This document shows positions 1-8,722 of a stretch of 64,000 nucleotides of DNA, piece after piece (the first letter of the stretch is position 1; each line of letters opens with the position of its first letter). Location: positions 5,961 through 69,960 of the forward strand of contig VBGT01000005.1 in NCBI GenBank assembly GCA_005889475.1, in the 5' to 3' direction. The stretch is from Chloroflexota bacterium. Its GTDB lineage: Bacteria; Chloroflexota; Limnocylindria; Limnocylindrales; CSP1-4. Below the pieces are notes generated by a model, which was not told the origin of the DNA, made no database searches, and saw only the letters and a list, made by a program, of their open reading frames with translations. The position numbers and the translations under genes were made by a program.

Positions 1-1
1 G

Positions 2-511
2 CGGGAGATCGTCCTGCTCCCGAACAACCCGAACGTGGTCCTTGCCGCACGCCAGGTTGCGTCGCTGGTCGATCGGCCCGTTGCGGTCGCCGCGACGCGC
101 AACGCCGCCGAGGGCTTCGCCGCCATGCTGGCGCTCGACCCGGACAAGAGCGCGGCCGACAACGCGGCGTCCATGACCGAGGCCGGGCGCTCCATCCAGT
201 CCCTGGCCGTGACGGAGGCGGTACGCGACGCCACGGTCAGCGGCAGGAAAGTCAGGAAGGGCCAGACGATCGCGCTCGACCCGGACGAGGGCCTCGTCGC
301 CGTGCACAACGATCCGGCCACCGCGGTCCTGAACGCGGTCAAGAAGCTCAGCCCTGGCTTCGAGCTCATCACCGTCTATTACGGCGACGGTGGCGACCTG
401 GCCGGCACCGAGGCACTCGCCAGGAGGATCCACGATCTCGGCACCGGCGCGGAGATCGAGGTGCTGCACGGCGGCCAGCCGCACTACCGCTACCTGATCT
501 CGGCCGAGTAG
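2..511 (+). CDS. DAK2-domain fusion protein YloV, C-terminal part (5' end outside window)
   Basis: Frame open to window start; C-terminus ITVYYGDGG...EVLHGGQPHYRYLISAE is typical of YloV; lies directly upstream of recG as in Firmicutes/Actinobacteria. Confidence 0.75.
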   Translation, partial: REIVLLPNNPNVVLAARQVASLVDRPVAVAATRNAAEGFAAMLALDPDKSAADNAASMTEAGRSIQSLAVTEAVRDATVSGRKVRKGQTIALDPDEGLVAVHNDPATAVLNAVKKLSPGFELITVYYGDGGDLAGTEALARRIHDLGTGAEIEVLHGGQPHYRYLISAE

Positions 512-517
512 CGCGGG

Positions 518-2788
518 GTGGGGGAGCGGTCGACGGCACGCCGGGGCGCCGGACGACTGGCGCCGTCAGTCGTTGCCGCCACAGCCCAGGTCGCGGCGCG
601 CACCGGGCAGGCCCCGCTCGAGGCGCCGCTCGGGAAGTCGGGCCTGCCCGGCGGCACGACACTCGGCCGGGTCGGTCGACGGATGGGCCTCGAGACCGTC
701 AGGGACTTGCTGTTCCACCTGCCGCGCAGGTATGACGACCTGCGCGAGATGCGCAAGCTGGGCGATCTCGCCTGGGTCGAGGACGGCGAGGTCATCTCGG
801 CCCGGGTGCGTGTCCTCGACGTCCGGGTCGAGGCGTCGTTCCGGCGCCGTGTCCAGCGGACGATCGCGGTGCTCGAGGACGAGACGGGGACGATCGACGC
901 AACCTGGTTCGGGCGGCGGTACATCGAGCGGCGGCTCCATCCGGGCGACCGCGTGATCGTGTCGGGCAAGCTCAAGCACTTCGGCCGGAAGCGCACGCTC
1001 GACAACCCGGACTTCCAGCCCGAGGGCGCGGAAGACGAGCTGCTCCACGTCGGCCGGATCGTGCCCGTCTACCGACTTACGGCAGGCCTCACGGCCAACC
1101 GGCTGCGTGTCGCCATCCGCGAGGCGCTCGATCGCGCCGGCCACGACTACCCCGAGTACGTGCCGCCGGATCTTCGCTCCGTTGAGGGCCTCGTGGGGAT
1201 CGGCGACGCGCTCGAGGAGGCGCACTACCCGGAGTCCTTCGAGGGCCGTGACGCCGCGCTCCGACGTATCGCGTTCGACGAGCTGCTCGCGCTCCAGGTG
1301 GGCATGGTCGGCCGGCGACGGCAGCGCGGCAGAGACGCGGCGCGCCCGATCGAGTTCACCGACGACGTCGATGCAGAGCTGCGAGCAGCGGTCATTGGCT
1401 CTATCGGCCGAAAGCTCGAGCGTGAGGTCGCCTTGACGCGTGACCAGGACACAGCCATCGCCGACATCCGGACGGACCTCGAGCGCCCGACGCCGATGCT
1501 CCGGCTCCTCCAGGGCGACGTCGGCTCGGGCAAGACGGCGGTGGCGGCGTACGCGCTGGCTGCAGCGGCTCGCGCCGGGCTGCAGGGTGCGCTGCTCGCG
1601 CCCACAGACCTCCTGGCCAGGCAGCATCACCGCACGCTCACCGCCCTGCTCGAGGACGCGGCCATCCCGGTGGAGCTGCTCACCGGCTCGCTGACCGCGG
1701 CGGGCACGCGGCACACGCTCGAGCTCGTGGCCTCGGGCATGGCCCCGATCGTGGTCGGCACCCACGCGCTGATCCAGGAGCGGGTGCAGTTCGCGGCCCT
1801 GGGGGTCGTGGTCATCGACGAGCAGCACCGCTTCGGCGTCGAGCAACGCAGCCAGCTCGAGGCGAAGGCCGGCGGCGACCGGGCGCCTCACGTTCTGCTC
1901 ATGACGGCCACGCCGATCCCGCGGACGCTCGGCCAGGTCCTGTATGCGGACCTCGACGTGTCGGACCTGCGGACACCGCCGGAGGGCCGTCTTCCGATCC
2001 GGACCGGCATCCGCCGCCCGGACGAGCTCGAGGGCACGTGGCTGAAGGTGCGCGAAGAGGCCGCGGCCGGCCATCGCACGTTCGTGGTCGTGCCGCTCAT
2101 CGACGAGGCCGACGCGGTCGACGAGGCCACCTCCACTGCGAACGGCGCGCCGGCCGGCTTCTGGGACGCCTCGGCTCCTGCCGCGGAGGCCGAGGCGGTC
2201 CGGCTCCGCGAGCTGCTCGCCCCATTGCGGGTCGGGCTGGTCCACGGCCGGATGAAGGCCGCGGACCGCGACGCCGAGATGGCGCGCTTCCGCGACGGCG
2301 AGCTGGACGTCCTGGTCGGCACGACCGTCGTCGAGGTCGGAGTCGACGTACCGGAGGCGACGATGATGATCGTGCAGGGCGCCGATCGGTTCGGGTTGGC
2401 CCAGCTCCACCAGCTCCGCGGCCGGGTCGGGCGCGGCGAGGTTGCGTCGTTCTGCGTCCTGGTCTCCGACTCGGTCGACGAGACCGCGCAGGCGCGGCTC
2501 AAGGCCGCGGCCGAGATCCACGACGGGTTCGAGCTGGCCGAGCGCGACTGGGAGCTCCGGCGCGAGGGTGACGTGCTCGGCCTCGTCCAGAGCGGGCTGC
2601 CGCGCCTCCGCATCGCGTCGCTCCAGCGCGACGACCACCGGGAGCTGGCGGTGCACGCGCGCGCCGCGGCCGAGGCAATGCTCGACGATGAGGGCGAGCT
2701 TCGGCCCGGGCTCGATCGGCTCAGCGCGGAGCTGCGTCGCGGCTGGCTTGCCCGGGTGGCCGAGGCCGAGCCGGCTGGCGCGGCCTGA
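518..2788 (+). CDS. recG: ATP-dependent DNA helicase RecG
   Basis: 756-aa ORF; wedge-region FHLPRRYDD, Walker A GDVGSGKT, DEQHRFG box, TATPIPRTL, QLHQLRGRVGRG; exact start uncertain. Confidence 0.9.
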   Translation: MGERSTARRGAGRLAPSVVAATAQVAARTGQAPLEAPLGKSGLPGGTTLGRVGRRMGLETVRDLLFHLPRRYDDLREMRKLGDLAWVEDGEVISARVRVLDVRVEASFRRRVQRTIAVLEDETGTIDATWFGRRYIERRLHPGDRVIVSGKLKHFGRKRTLDNPDFQPEGAEDELLHVGRIVPVYRLTAGLTANRLRVAIREALDRAGHDYPEYVPPDLRSVEGLVGIGDALEEAHYPESFEGRDAALRRIAFDELLALQVGMVGRRRQRGRDAARPIEFTDDVDAELRAAVIGSIGRKLEREVALTRDQDTAIADIRTDLERPTPMLRLLQGDVGSGKTAVAAYALAAAARAGLQGALLAPTDLLARQHHRTLTALLEDAAIPVELLTGSLTAAGTRHTLELVASGMAPIVVGTHALIQERVQFAALGVVVIDEQHRFGVEQRSQLEAKAGGDRAPHVLLMTATPIPRTLGQVLYADLDVSDLRTPPEGRLPIRTGIRRPDELEGTWLKVREEAAAGHRTFVVVPLIDEADAVDEATSTANGAPAGFWDASAPAAEAEAVRLRELLAPLRVGLVHGRMKAADRDAEMARFRDGELDVLVGTTVVEVGVDVPEATMMIVQGADRFGLAQLHQLRGRVGRGEVASFCVLVSDSVDETAQARLKAAAEIHDGFELAERDWELRREGDVLGLVQSGLPRLRIASLQRDDHRELAVHARAAAEAMLDDEGELRPGLDRLSAELRRGWLARVAEAEPAGAA

Positions 2789-2800
2789 CCACGGATCGAG

Positions 2801-3445
2801 ATGGCGCCGCGGGCGAGGACAGGTGGAGCAGGGCGGGTCATCGCCGGGACGGCACGAGGCCGTCCGTTGCTCGCCCCGGGCGAGGGAACGCGGCCGCTGG
2901 GCGACCGGGTCAAGCAGACCCTCTTCGCCATCCTCGAGCCCCAGCTCCGCGGGGGCGCGTTCCTCGATCTCTTCGCGGGTAGCGGCGCCGCCGGCATCGA
3001 GGCGCTGTCGCGGGGTGCCGAGCGGGCGGTCTTCGTGGACCGCGATGCCGAGGCGATCCGGACCATCGAGGCCAACCTGGCATCGACGCGCCTTCGCGGT
3101 CGGGCGACCCTCATCCGCGGCGACGCCCTCACCTGGCTCAACGGCGACGGCCGACGTGCGGGCCCGTTCGCCGGCGTCGTCGTCGACCCCCCATACGACC
3201 GCGTCGACCTCCTCGTGGCAACGCTCGAACGAATTGCCGCCCTCGAGCCGGGCAGCGCACTCGCGCCGGAGGGGATCCTCGCGGCCGACGGGACGGTCGT
3301 CGCGAAGCACTTCTGGAAGGCCGAGGTGCCGGGCGAGATCGGACTGCTACGATCGGTCCGCGAGCGCCGCTTCGGCGAGACCGCGCTGACGTTCCTGCGC
3401 TGGGCCTCGGCCGGGGCCGATTCCGAAGGCGAGGTGGACAGGTGA
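2801..3445 (+). CDS. rsmD: 16S rRNA (guanine966-N2)-methyltransferase RsmD
   Basis: SAM motif LDLFAGSGAAGIEALSRGA and VVVDPPY motif; conserved position before coaD. Confidence 0.85.
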   Translation: MAPRARTGGAGRVIAGTARGRPLLAPGEGTRPLGDRVKQTLFAILEPQLRGGAFLDLFAGSGAAGIEALSRGAERAVFVDRDAEAIRTIEANLASTRLRGRATLIRGDALTWLNGDGRRAGPFAGVVVDPPYDRVDLLVATLERIAALEPGSALAPEGILAADGTVVAKHFWKAEVPGEIGLLRSVRERRFGETALTFLRWASAGADSEGEVDR

Positions 3446-3948
3446 GAGTCGCCCTCTACCCGGGCTCGTTCGATCCGGTCACCAACGGCCATCTCGATGT
3501 CCTGTCGCGCGCGCTTGCGGTGTTCGACAAGGTGGTCGTAGCAGTGCTGGAGAACCCGCGCAAGAAGCCGCTCCTGCCCACCGACACCCGCGTCGTCGTC
3601 CTCGAGACGGCGATTCGTGACGCGGGCATCAATCCGGATCACGCCACCGTGACCACGTTCGACGGGCTCACCGTCGAGGCGGCGAAGGCCCACGGGGCGC
3701 GCTGGATCGTCCGGGGCCTGCGAGCGATCTCCGACTTCGAGGCGGAAGGCCAGCTCGCTCACAACAACCGGGTGCTCGCCCGCGACGTCGACACGGTGTT
3801 CTTCATGACCGCCGTCGACTACGGCTACGTCAGCTCGAGCCTGGTCAAGGAGATCGCACTGTTCGGCGGCGACGTCTCCACGATGGTCCCGCCAGCGGCA
3901 GTGACCGCGTTGCGCACCAGCGCGCGCGACCCGAGACGGCCTCGGTGA
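3442..3948 (+). CDS. coaD: phosphopantetheine adenylyltransferase
   Basis: N-terminal YPGSFDPVTNGHLD (T/HxGH) motif, ~165 aa; GTGA overlap with rsmD stop. Confidence 0.95.
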   Translation: MRVALYPGSFDPVTNGHLDVLSRALAVFDKVVVAVLENPRKKPLLPTDTRVVVLETAIRDAGINPDHATVTTFDGLTVEAAKAHGARWIVRGLRAISDFEAEGQLAHNNRVLARDVDTVFFMTAVDYGYVSSSLVKEIALFGGDVSTMVPPAAVTALRTSARDPRRPR

Positions 3949-3977
3949 CCATCGGCCGCGTGCCATAATTCGCGGCG

Positions 3978-4568
3978 GTGGACATCATGTTCCTGCTGGA
4001 ACGGCTCGAGTCGCTGGTCGCGACCGGCACCGGCGTGCCCACGACGCGCAAGGTCCTCGTCGACAAGGACGCGGTGCTCGAGCTGATCGACCAGCTCCGC
4101 GTCGCCGTCCCCGAGGAGATCCACGCCGCGAAGCGGATCAACGCCGAGGGCGAGCGGATCATCGAGAAGGCGAACGAGGAAGCGTCGCGCATCGCCGCGC
4201 GGGCGCAGGAGCAGGCGACCTACCTCATCGGCGAGCGCGGCCTGACCGAGACCGCCCTGGCTGAGGGCCGGCGGATCGTCGCCGAGGCCAATGAGGCTGC
4301 CGACGGCGTGCGGCTCGGGGCGGATGGGTACGCGGCGCAGATCCTGGAATCGCTCGAGGCCGAGGTGCGCAAGGCGCTGTCCGGCATCGAGAAGGGCATC
4401 GACGTGCTCGAGGTGCGCCAGGCCGAGCTTCGCGGCGACGTCGCCGAGCCAGTCGCCGTGCCGGTGATGCGCGACGCCGACGGACCCGACGTCGGGGAGT
4501 GGCCTGAGGCCGGCGACACGGCGCCGGCGTTCGAGGAAGAGGGCGCAGGCCAGACCGTCCCGCGATGA
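3978..4568 (+). CDS. hypothetical coiled-coil protein (ATP-synthase-b / DivIVA-like helical region)
   Basis: 196-aa ORF with high GC3; long Ala/Glu/Arg helical region; no catalytic motif recognised; ATG 3987 is an alternative start. Confidence 0.6.
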   Translation: MDIMFLLERLESLVATGTGVPTTRKVLVDKDAVLELIDQLRVAVPEEIHAAKRINAEGERIIEKANEEASRIAARAQEQATYLIGERGLTETALAEGRRIVAEANEAADGVRLGADGYAAQILESLEAEVRKALSGIEKGIDVLEVRQAELRGDVAEPVAVPVMRDADGPDVGEWPEAGDTAPAFEEEGAGQTVPR

Positions 4569-5122
4569 CCGCGCCGGCCCCGCTCGTCTATCCGCTGGCC
4601 GGATTGCTCGGCGAGCCGGCGGGGACGGAACGCCGCTACGACATCAACGGCGCGACGATCGCTCTCCCCGACGACCTCCACCTCGCCGAGCCGATCGACG
4701 GCACCGTCCGGATCACGCGGACGAATCGTGGGGTGTACGTCGACGCGAAGCTGTCGACCGCGATCGGCGGCCAGTGCTCGCGCTGCCTGCGCGACATCGA
4801 GATCCCGACGACGGTGGAGATCCACGAGGAGGCCCTGCCCAGCCTGGACCCTCTGACCGGCCATCGACTCGCTACGAGCGTGGAGCCGGACGTCGCCCGC
4901 CTATCCGACCACCATGAGCTCGATCTCGGCGCGCTTGCCGCCGAGGCCATCGCCCTGGGCGAGCCGATTGCCCCGCTGTGCGAGCTGGATTGCCCCGGGC
5001 TGTGCGTGACCTGTGGCGCGCGCCTGGGGCCGGATCACGTGGCTCACGAGGAGGACGAGATCGACCCGCGCCTTGCCGCGCTGCAGGCCTTCCGGGTCGA
5101 CGGGGAAGGGGAGAGCGAGTAG
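4565..5122 (+). CDS. yceD: YceD/DUF177 family protein (large-subunit rRNA accumulation)
   Basis: Paired Cys motifs CSRCL ... CPGLCVTCG, acidic C-terminus, location just upstream of rpmF; ATGA overlap with upstream ORF. Confidence 0.85.
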   Translation: MTAPAPLVYPLAGLLGEPAGTERRYDINGATIALPDDLHLAEPIDGTVRITRTNRGVYVDAKLSTAIGGQCSRCLRDIEIPTTVEIHEEALPSLDPLTGHRLATSVEPDVARLSDHHELDLGALAAEAIALGEPIAPLCELDCPGLCVTCGARLGPDHVAHEEDEIDPRLAALQAFRVDGEGESE

Positions 5123-5247
5123 ACTGCGCCCTCGGTTCGTCGGCGTGAGCAGCGCCGCGTTCCGATCCCGAATGACATTCTCGCGCTCACGCACGCGCGG
5201 CTCGGCCGTCTCCAGGCGATCGGGTATCGAAAGGAGCAACGACTCAC

Positions 5248-5451
5248 ATGGGCGTGCCCAAGCGCCGGGTCTCCCACGCTCGACAAGGCGATCGACGCGC
5301 GCACCTCGCGCTCTCGCTGCCACAGCTCGAGGAGTGCCCGCACTGCCACCAGCCGAAGCGGAGCCATCACGCCTGCCCGAACTGCGGCTACTACGCCGGC
5401 CGGCCGGTGTTCGAGATCAAGGCGCCGAAGGAAGAGGCCCCCTCCACCTGA
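5248..5451 (+). CDS. rpmF: 50S ribosomal protein L32
   Basis: MGVPKRRVSHARQGDRRAH start and CPHC...CPNCG zinc ribbon; RBS gaaaggag upstream. Confidence 0.95.
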   Translation: MGVPKRRVSHARQGDRRAHLALSLPQLEECPHCHQPKRSHHACPNCGYYAGRPVFEIKAPKEEAPST

Positions 5452-5472
5452 TCTCGCTGCCATCATGACGCC

Positions 5473-6537
5473 ATGACTGGTTCTCCCAGGCGTGGCGTTC
5501 GCATCGCGGTCGATGCCATGGGCGGCGACTACGGCCCCTCCGAGGTCGTGCCCGGCGCGCTCGATCACGCCGCCGCGCATCCCGAGGACCACGTCCTGCT
5601 CGTCGGTGACCCGGCGCGCATCGCCGCCGTCGCGCCGGCGCTGCCCGGCAACGTGGAGGTCGTCCCGGCCAGCCAGGTCATCGACATGGACGAGCACCCT
5701 GCGCTGGCCCTGCGCGAGAAGCGCGACGCGTCGATCACCGTCGGCTGCGACCTTGTCCGCAACGGTCGCGCCGACGCGATCGTGACCGCCGGCCACACCG
5801 GTGCGGCGATGGCCGCGGCCGTCCTGCGCATCGGGCGCCTGCCCGGCGTCGATCGACCGGCGCTCGCGGTCCAGATGGTGCGCGCGGGTCGGCCCTTCGT
5901 CCTGCTCGACATCGGCGCGAACCCCGACTCGTCGCCGGAGAACCTGCTCCAGTACGCGCGGATGGGCGCGATCTTCGCCGAGCGCGTGCTGGGCATCGAG
6001 AACCCGCGCATCGCCCTCCTGTCGATCGGCGAGGAGAAGGGCAAGGGCGACCTTCGCATCCAGCGCGCCACCGAGCTGCTCGACGCGTCCGAGATGCGCT
6101 TCGTTGGCAACGTCGAGGGCAAGGACCTCGTGGCGGATCTCGCCGACGTTGTCGTGACCGATGCGGTCACCGGCAACGTCGTCATCAAGTTCTTCGAAGG
6201 CCTGTCGACGTTCATCTTCGACCTGTGGCGGTCGGAGCTCGCCGGGTCATTGCGCGGCAAGCTCGCGTATCTGCTGCTGCGTCCCGGCATCGGCCGGATC
6301 CAAAAGGTGTTCGACTACGAGACGGCGGGCGGCTCGCCGCTCCTCGGGGTAAAGGGCGCGGTGATCATCACCCACGGGCGCGCGCGCCGGCGCATGGTCG
6401 GGTTCGCGTGCGCGGTCGCCGCGGACACGGCGCGCACCAGCGTCCCGGAGCTGATCGCCGACTCGCTGCGGGAGGACGCGAAGCGGGTCGGCGCGGCGGC
6501 AACTCCCGCGGAGACGGTCGAGGCGGCCCGGGCATGA
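5473..6537 (+). CDS. plsX: phosphate acyltransferase PlsX
   Basis: IAVDAMGGDYGP N-terminal motif, ~350 aa, follows rpmF as in many bacteria. Confidence 0.95.
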   Translation: MTGSPRRGVRIAVDAMGGDYGPSEVVPGALDHAAAHPEDHVLLVGDPARIAAVAPALPGNVEVVPASQVIDMDEHPALALREKRDASITVGCDLVRNGRADAIVTAGHTGAAMAAAVLRIGRLPGVDRPALAVQMVRAGRPFVLLDIGANPDSSPENLLQYARMGAIFAERVLGIENPRIALLSIGEEKGKGDLRIQRATELLDASEMRFVGNVEGKDLVADLADVVVTDAVTGNVVIKFFEGLSTFIFDLWRSELAGSLRGKLAYLLLRPGIGRIQKVFDYETAGGSPLLGVKGAVIITHGRARRRMVGFACAVAADTARTSVPELIADSLREDAKRVGAAATPAETVEAARA

Positions 6538-6941
6538 CCACGGAGCTCGATCCGCGAACCGACCTCGACGCGGAGGCCGAGCACGACGCGATCGTCGTCG
6601 ACACGGAACCTGCCGGGCCGCCGGCGCTGGCCCCGGTCGAGCTGACGGTCGGGCAGGCGGTCATCGCCGAGGTCGTGCGCCAGACGGCTCTGGAGATCCC
6701 GGAGGTGCTGAAGGTCGCCCGACGCGGGCCGCCGTGGCGTGCCGCGCTGGCCGGCCCGCCGGTCATCGTCCGGGTACGACCGGAGGGCGTCGAGCTCGAG
6801 CTCCGGATCATCGCCCGCCCGGGTGCCGACCTCGTCGCCGCCGGCCGGCACGTGCGCAACGCGGTCGGCCTCGCGGTCGAGCGGCTCCTGGGCCTGCAGG
6901 TGCGCTCGGTCACGGTCCTCGTCGACGGGGTCGGCGGGTGA
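6534..6941 (+). CDS. Asp23/Gls24 family envelope stress protein
   Basis: ATGA overlap with plsX stop; VIAEVVRQTALEIPEV... pattern of Asp23 (DUF322) family; precedes nusB as yqhY does in Bacillus. The longer ORF from 6225 is an antisense-free extension inside plsX and is rejected. Confidence 0.75.
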   Translation: MTTELDPRTDLDAEAEHDAIVVDTEPAGPPALAPVELTVGQAVIAEVVRQTALEIPEVLKVARRGPPWRAALAGPPVIVRVRPEGVELELRIIARPGADLVAAGRHVRNAVGLAVERLLGLQVRSVTVLVDGVGG

Positions 6942-7209
6942 TGCAGGCCGCCGCAGCGCCATAGAGACCAGTCGGTGAAGTCCCGGAGTCAGATGACCCC
7001 GTCGATGCGCCGTTGCGCCCGCGCCATTACGCCCGGTACTCAGTGGGCGTTGGATCAGCGATCCTGGCGCCCATCGATTAACGAAGCTGATCAACCACCG
7101 GCATTCATCACCACTGGTGATCGAATGGGAGGCTCCGACCAGAAACAGCGCCCAGTCATCAGCCGAGGTAATCACGAGTCCGGCCTCGTCAGGCAACCAG
7201 AAGTCGCGC

Positions 7210-7734
7210 ATGACGCGTGATGGCGACCGGTCGTCGGATCGGGTTCGCTCTCTGCGCGCCGGGCGGCGCGTGGCGCTGTCCTCCGTGTTCGAATCAGACT
7301 TCGGGCAGCGGACCGCGACGGCGGTCCTCGAGCGTGACCTGGCCGAGGTCGAGGCGGACGCCGCGGCCGGCGCGCTGGCCCGCCGGATCGTCGCCGCGGT
7401 CGTGACGAATCGGGTCGACATCGACGCTCGAATCGAGGCCGCGGCGCCCCAATATCCGGTCGTCCAGCTGGCCCGGATGGACCGTTCGCTGCTCCGTAGC
7501 GCGATCGGCGAGGTGCTATATTCCACGACGCCGGCCCGGGTGGCCATCGCCGAGTGGGTCGAACTGGCCCGGATCTACAGTGGCGACCCGATGCGACGTC
7601 TCATGAACGGCGTCCTCGGGCGGATCGCACGCGAGACGGAACTCCAGAACACCCCCAGCTCCGAGGAGGGAGTCAGTGGCCAGCACCTACGACCGACTCA
7701 AGAAGATCGTCGTCGAGCAGCTCGGCGTCGATGA
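7210..7734 (+). CDS. nusB: transcription antitermination factor NusB
   Basis: [13 protein letters not shown]...[11 protein letters not shown]...EWVELARIY...[10 protein letters not shown] matches NusB fold pattern; ATG 7210 chosen; 3' tail overlaps acpP by 59 nt. Confidence 0.85.
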   Translation: MTRDGDRSSDRVRSLRAGRRVALSSVFESDFGQRTATAVLERDLAEVEADAAAGALARRIVAAVVTNRVDIDARIEAAAPQYPVVQLARMDRSLLRSAIGEVLYSTTPARVAIAEWVELARIYSGDPMRRLMNGVLGRIARETELQNTPSSEEGVSGQHLRPTQEDRRRAARRR

Positions 7735-7912
7735 GGATGAGGTCAAGCCCGAGGCATCCTTCGTCGACGACCTGAACGCCGATTCGCTCGATCTTGTCGA
7801 GTTGATCATGAGCCTCGAAGAGGAGTTCGGGACGGAGATCTCGGACGAGGACGCGGAGCGCATCCGGACCGTCGGCGACGCCGTCGAATACATCGACGAG
7901 CGGAACACCTAG
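7676..7912 (+). CDS. acpP: acyl carrier protein
   Basis: 78 aa; [22 protein letters not shown] with phosphopantetheine Ser; GTG start after RBS gaggaggg. Confidence 0.95.
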   Translation: MASTYDRLKKIVVEQLGVDEDEVKPEASFVDDLNADSLDLVELIMSLEEEFGTEISDEDAERIRTVGDAVEYIDERNT

Positions 7913-7930
7913 CCCCTCCCAAGCGGGATC

Positions 7931-8722
7931 GTGGACCGGGCCGACCTCCTGGCCGAGCAGCTCGGCCTACCGATACGGGATCGGCGCCTTCTGGCCCAGG
8001 CGCTGACCCACACCTCCTGGCTCCACGAGCACCCCGGCGAGGCGGCCGGCCACAACGAGCGGCTCGAGTTCCTTGGCGACGCGGTCGTGAATCTCGCCGT
8101 CTCCGAGGCGCTGTACACCCGCCACCCCGACGATGACGAGGGCGTCCTCTCTGCACGCCGCGCCGCCATCGTGAGCGCGACCGGCCTGGCGACGCTCGCG
8201 TCGCGCATCGATCTCGGCACGTTCCTGTCCCTCGGCGAGGGCGAGGCCGGCCGCATCGGGCCGGGGCGGCCGTCGATCATGGCCTCGGCGTTCGAGGCGC
8301 TCCTCGGGGCGCTGCTGCTCGACATCGGCTGGGACCTCACGCGCGACTGGGTCATCGGCACCGCCGCGCCGGAGATCGACGCCGGGCTCCCGCCGGCGTC
8401 GCTCAAGAGCCCGAAGAGCCGCCTCCAGGAGGAGACGCAGCGGACGACCGGCGGCCGGCCGTCGTACCGCGTCCTCGAGGCCGTGGGGCCGGACCACGAC
8501 AAGCTCTTCCGGGTCGAGGTCTCGGTGGGCGGCGAGGTCCTGGGCATGGGCGTCGGACGCTCGCGCCGCGTCGCGGAAACAGCGGCCGCCGCAGAGGCGG
8601 TGACGGTGCTCGCAGCGCGCGCGGCGGAGGCGGCGGCGGAGGCGGCGACGGACGCGGCAGAGGCGAAAGGCACGACAGAGGCCGAGTCGACCGACGCACG
8701 AACCGCGAGGCGAGCCGGATGA
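7931..8722 (+). CDS. rnc: ribonuclease III
   Basis: RNase III signature ERLEFLGDAV, C-terminal dsRBD (YRVLEAVGPDHDKLFRVEV), Ala/Glu-rich tail. Confidence 0.95.
   Translation: MDRADLLAEQLGLPIRDRRLLAQALTHTSWLHEHPGEAAGHNERLEFLGDAVVNLAVSEALYTRHPDDDEGVLSARRAAIVSATGLATLASRIDLGTFLSLGEGEAGRIGPGRPSIMASAFEALLGALLLDIGWDLTRDWVIGTAAPEIDAGLPPASLKSPKSRLQEETQRTTGGRPSYRVLEAVGPDHDKLFRVEVSVGGEVLGMGVGRSRRVAETAAAAEAVTVLAARAAEAAAEAATDAAEAKGTTEAESTDARTARRAG

Noticed and set aside
566-3310. Very long antisense or alternative-frame ORFs throughout the window (e.g. 566-3310 -, 9060-11846 -, 31380-34772 -, 58450-60765 -, 1888-3966 -)
   Set aside because: They overlap well-supported + strand genes and translate to Arg/Pro/Ala/Gly-rich sequence with no recognisable motifs. 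They are the expected stop-codon-poor shadow frames of a very GC-rich genome.
6975-7220. 81-aa + strand ORF, and an antisense reading with a protein-like patch (DFWLPDEAGLVITSADDWALFLVG), in the asp23-nusB spacer
   Set aside because: The + ORF has poor codon bias and a low-complexity basic sequence. The antisense reading has no stop for more than 600 nt and would run antisense through the Asp23 gene. No start or RBS was found. The interval is treated as non-coding but is flagged as a finding.
7676-7734. 59-nt overlap between the nusB 3' end and acpP
   Set aside because: In the overlap the acpP frame keeps the G/C third-position bias while the nusB frame does not. The nusB tail is simply read-on to the first available stop after the conserved domain. 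This is not evidence of recoding or misannotation.
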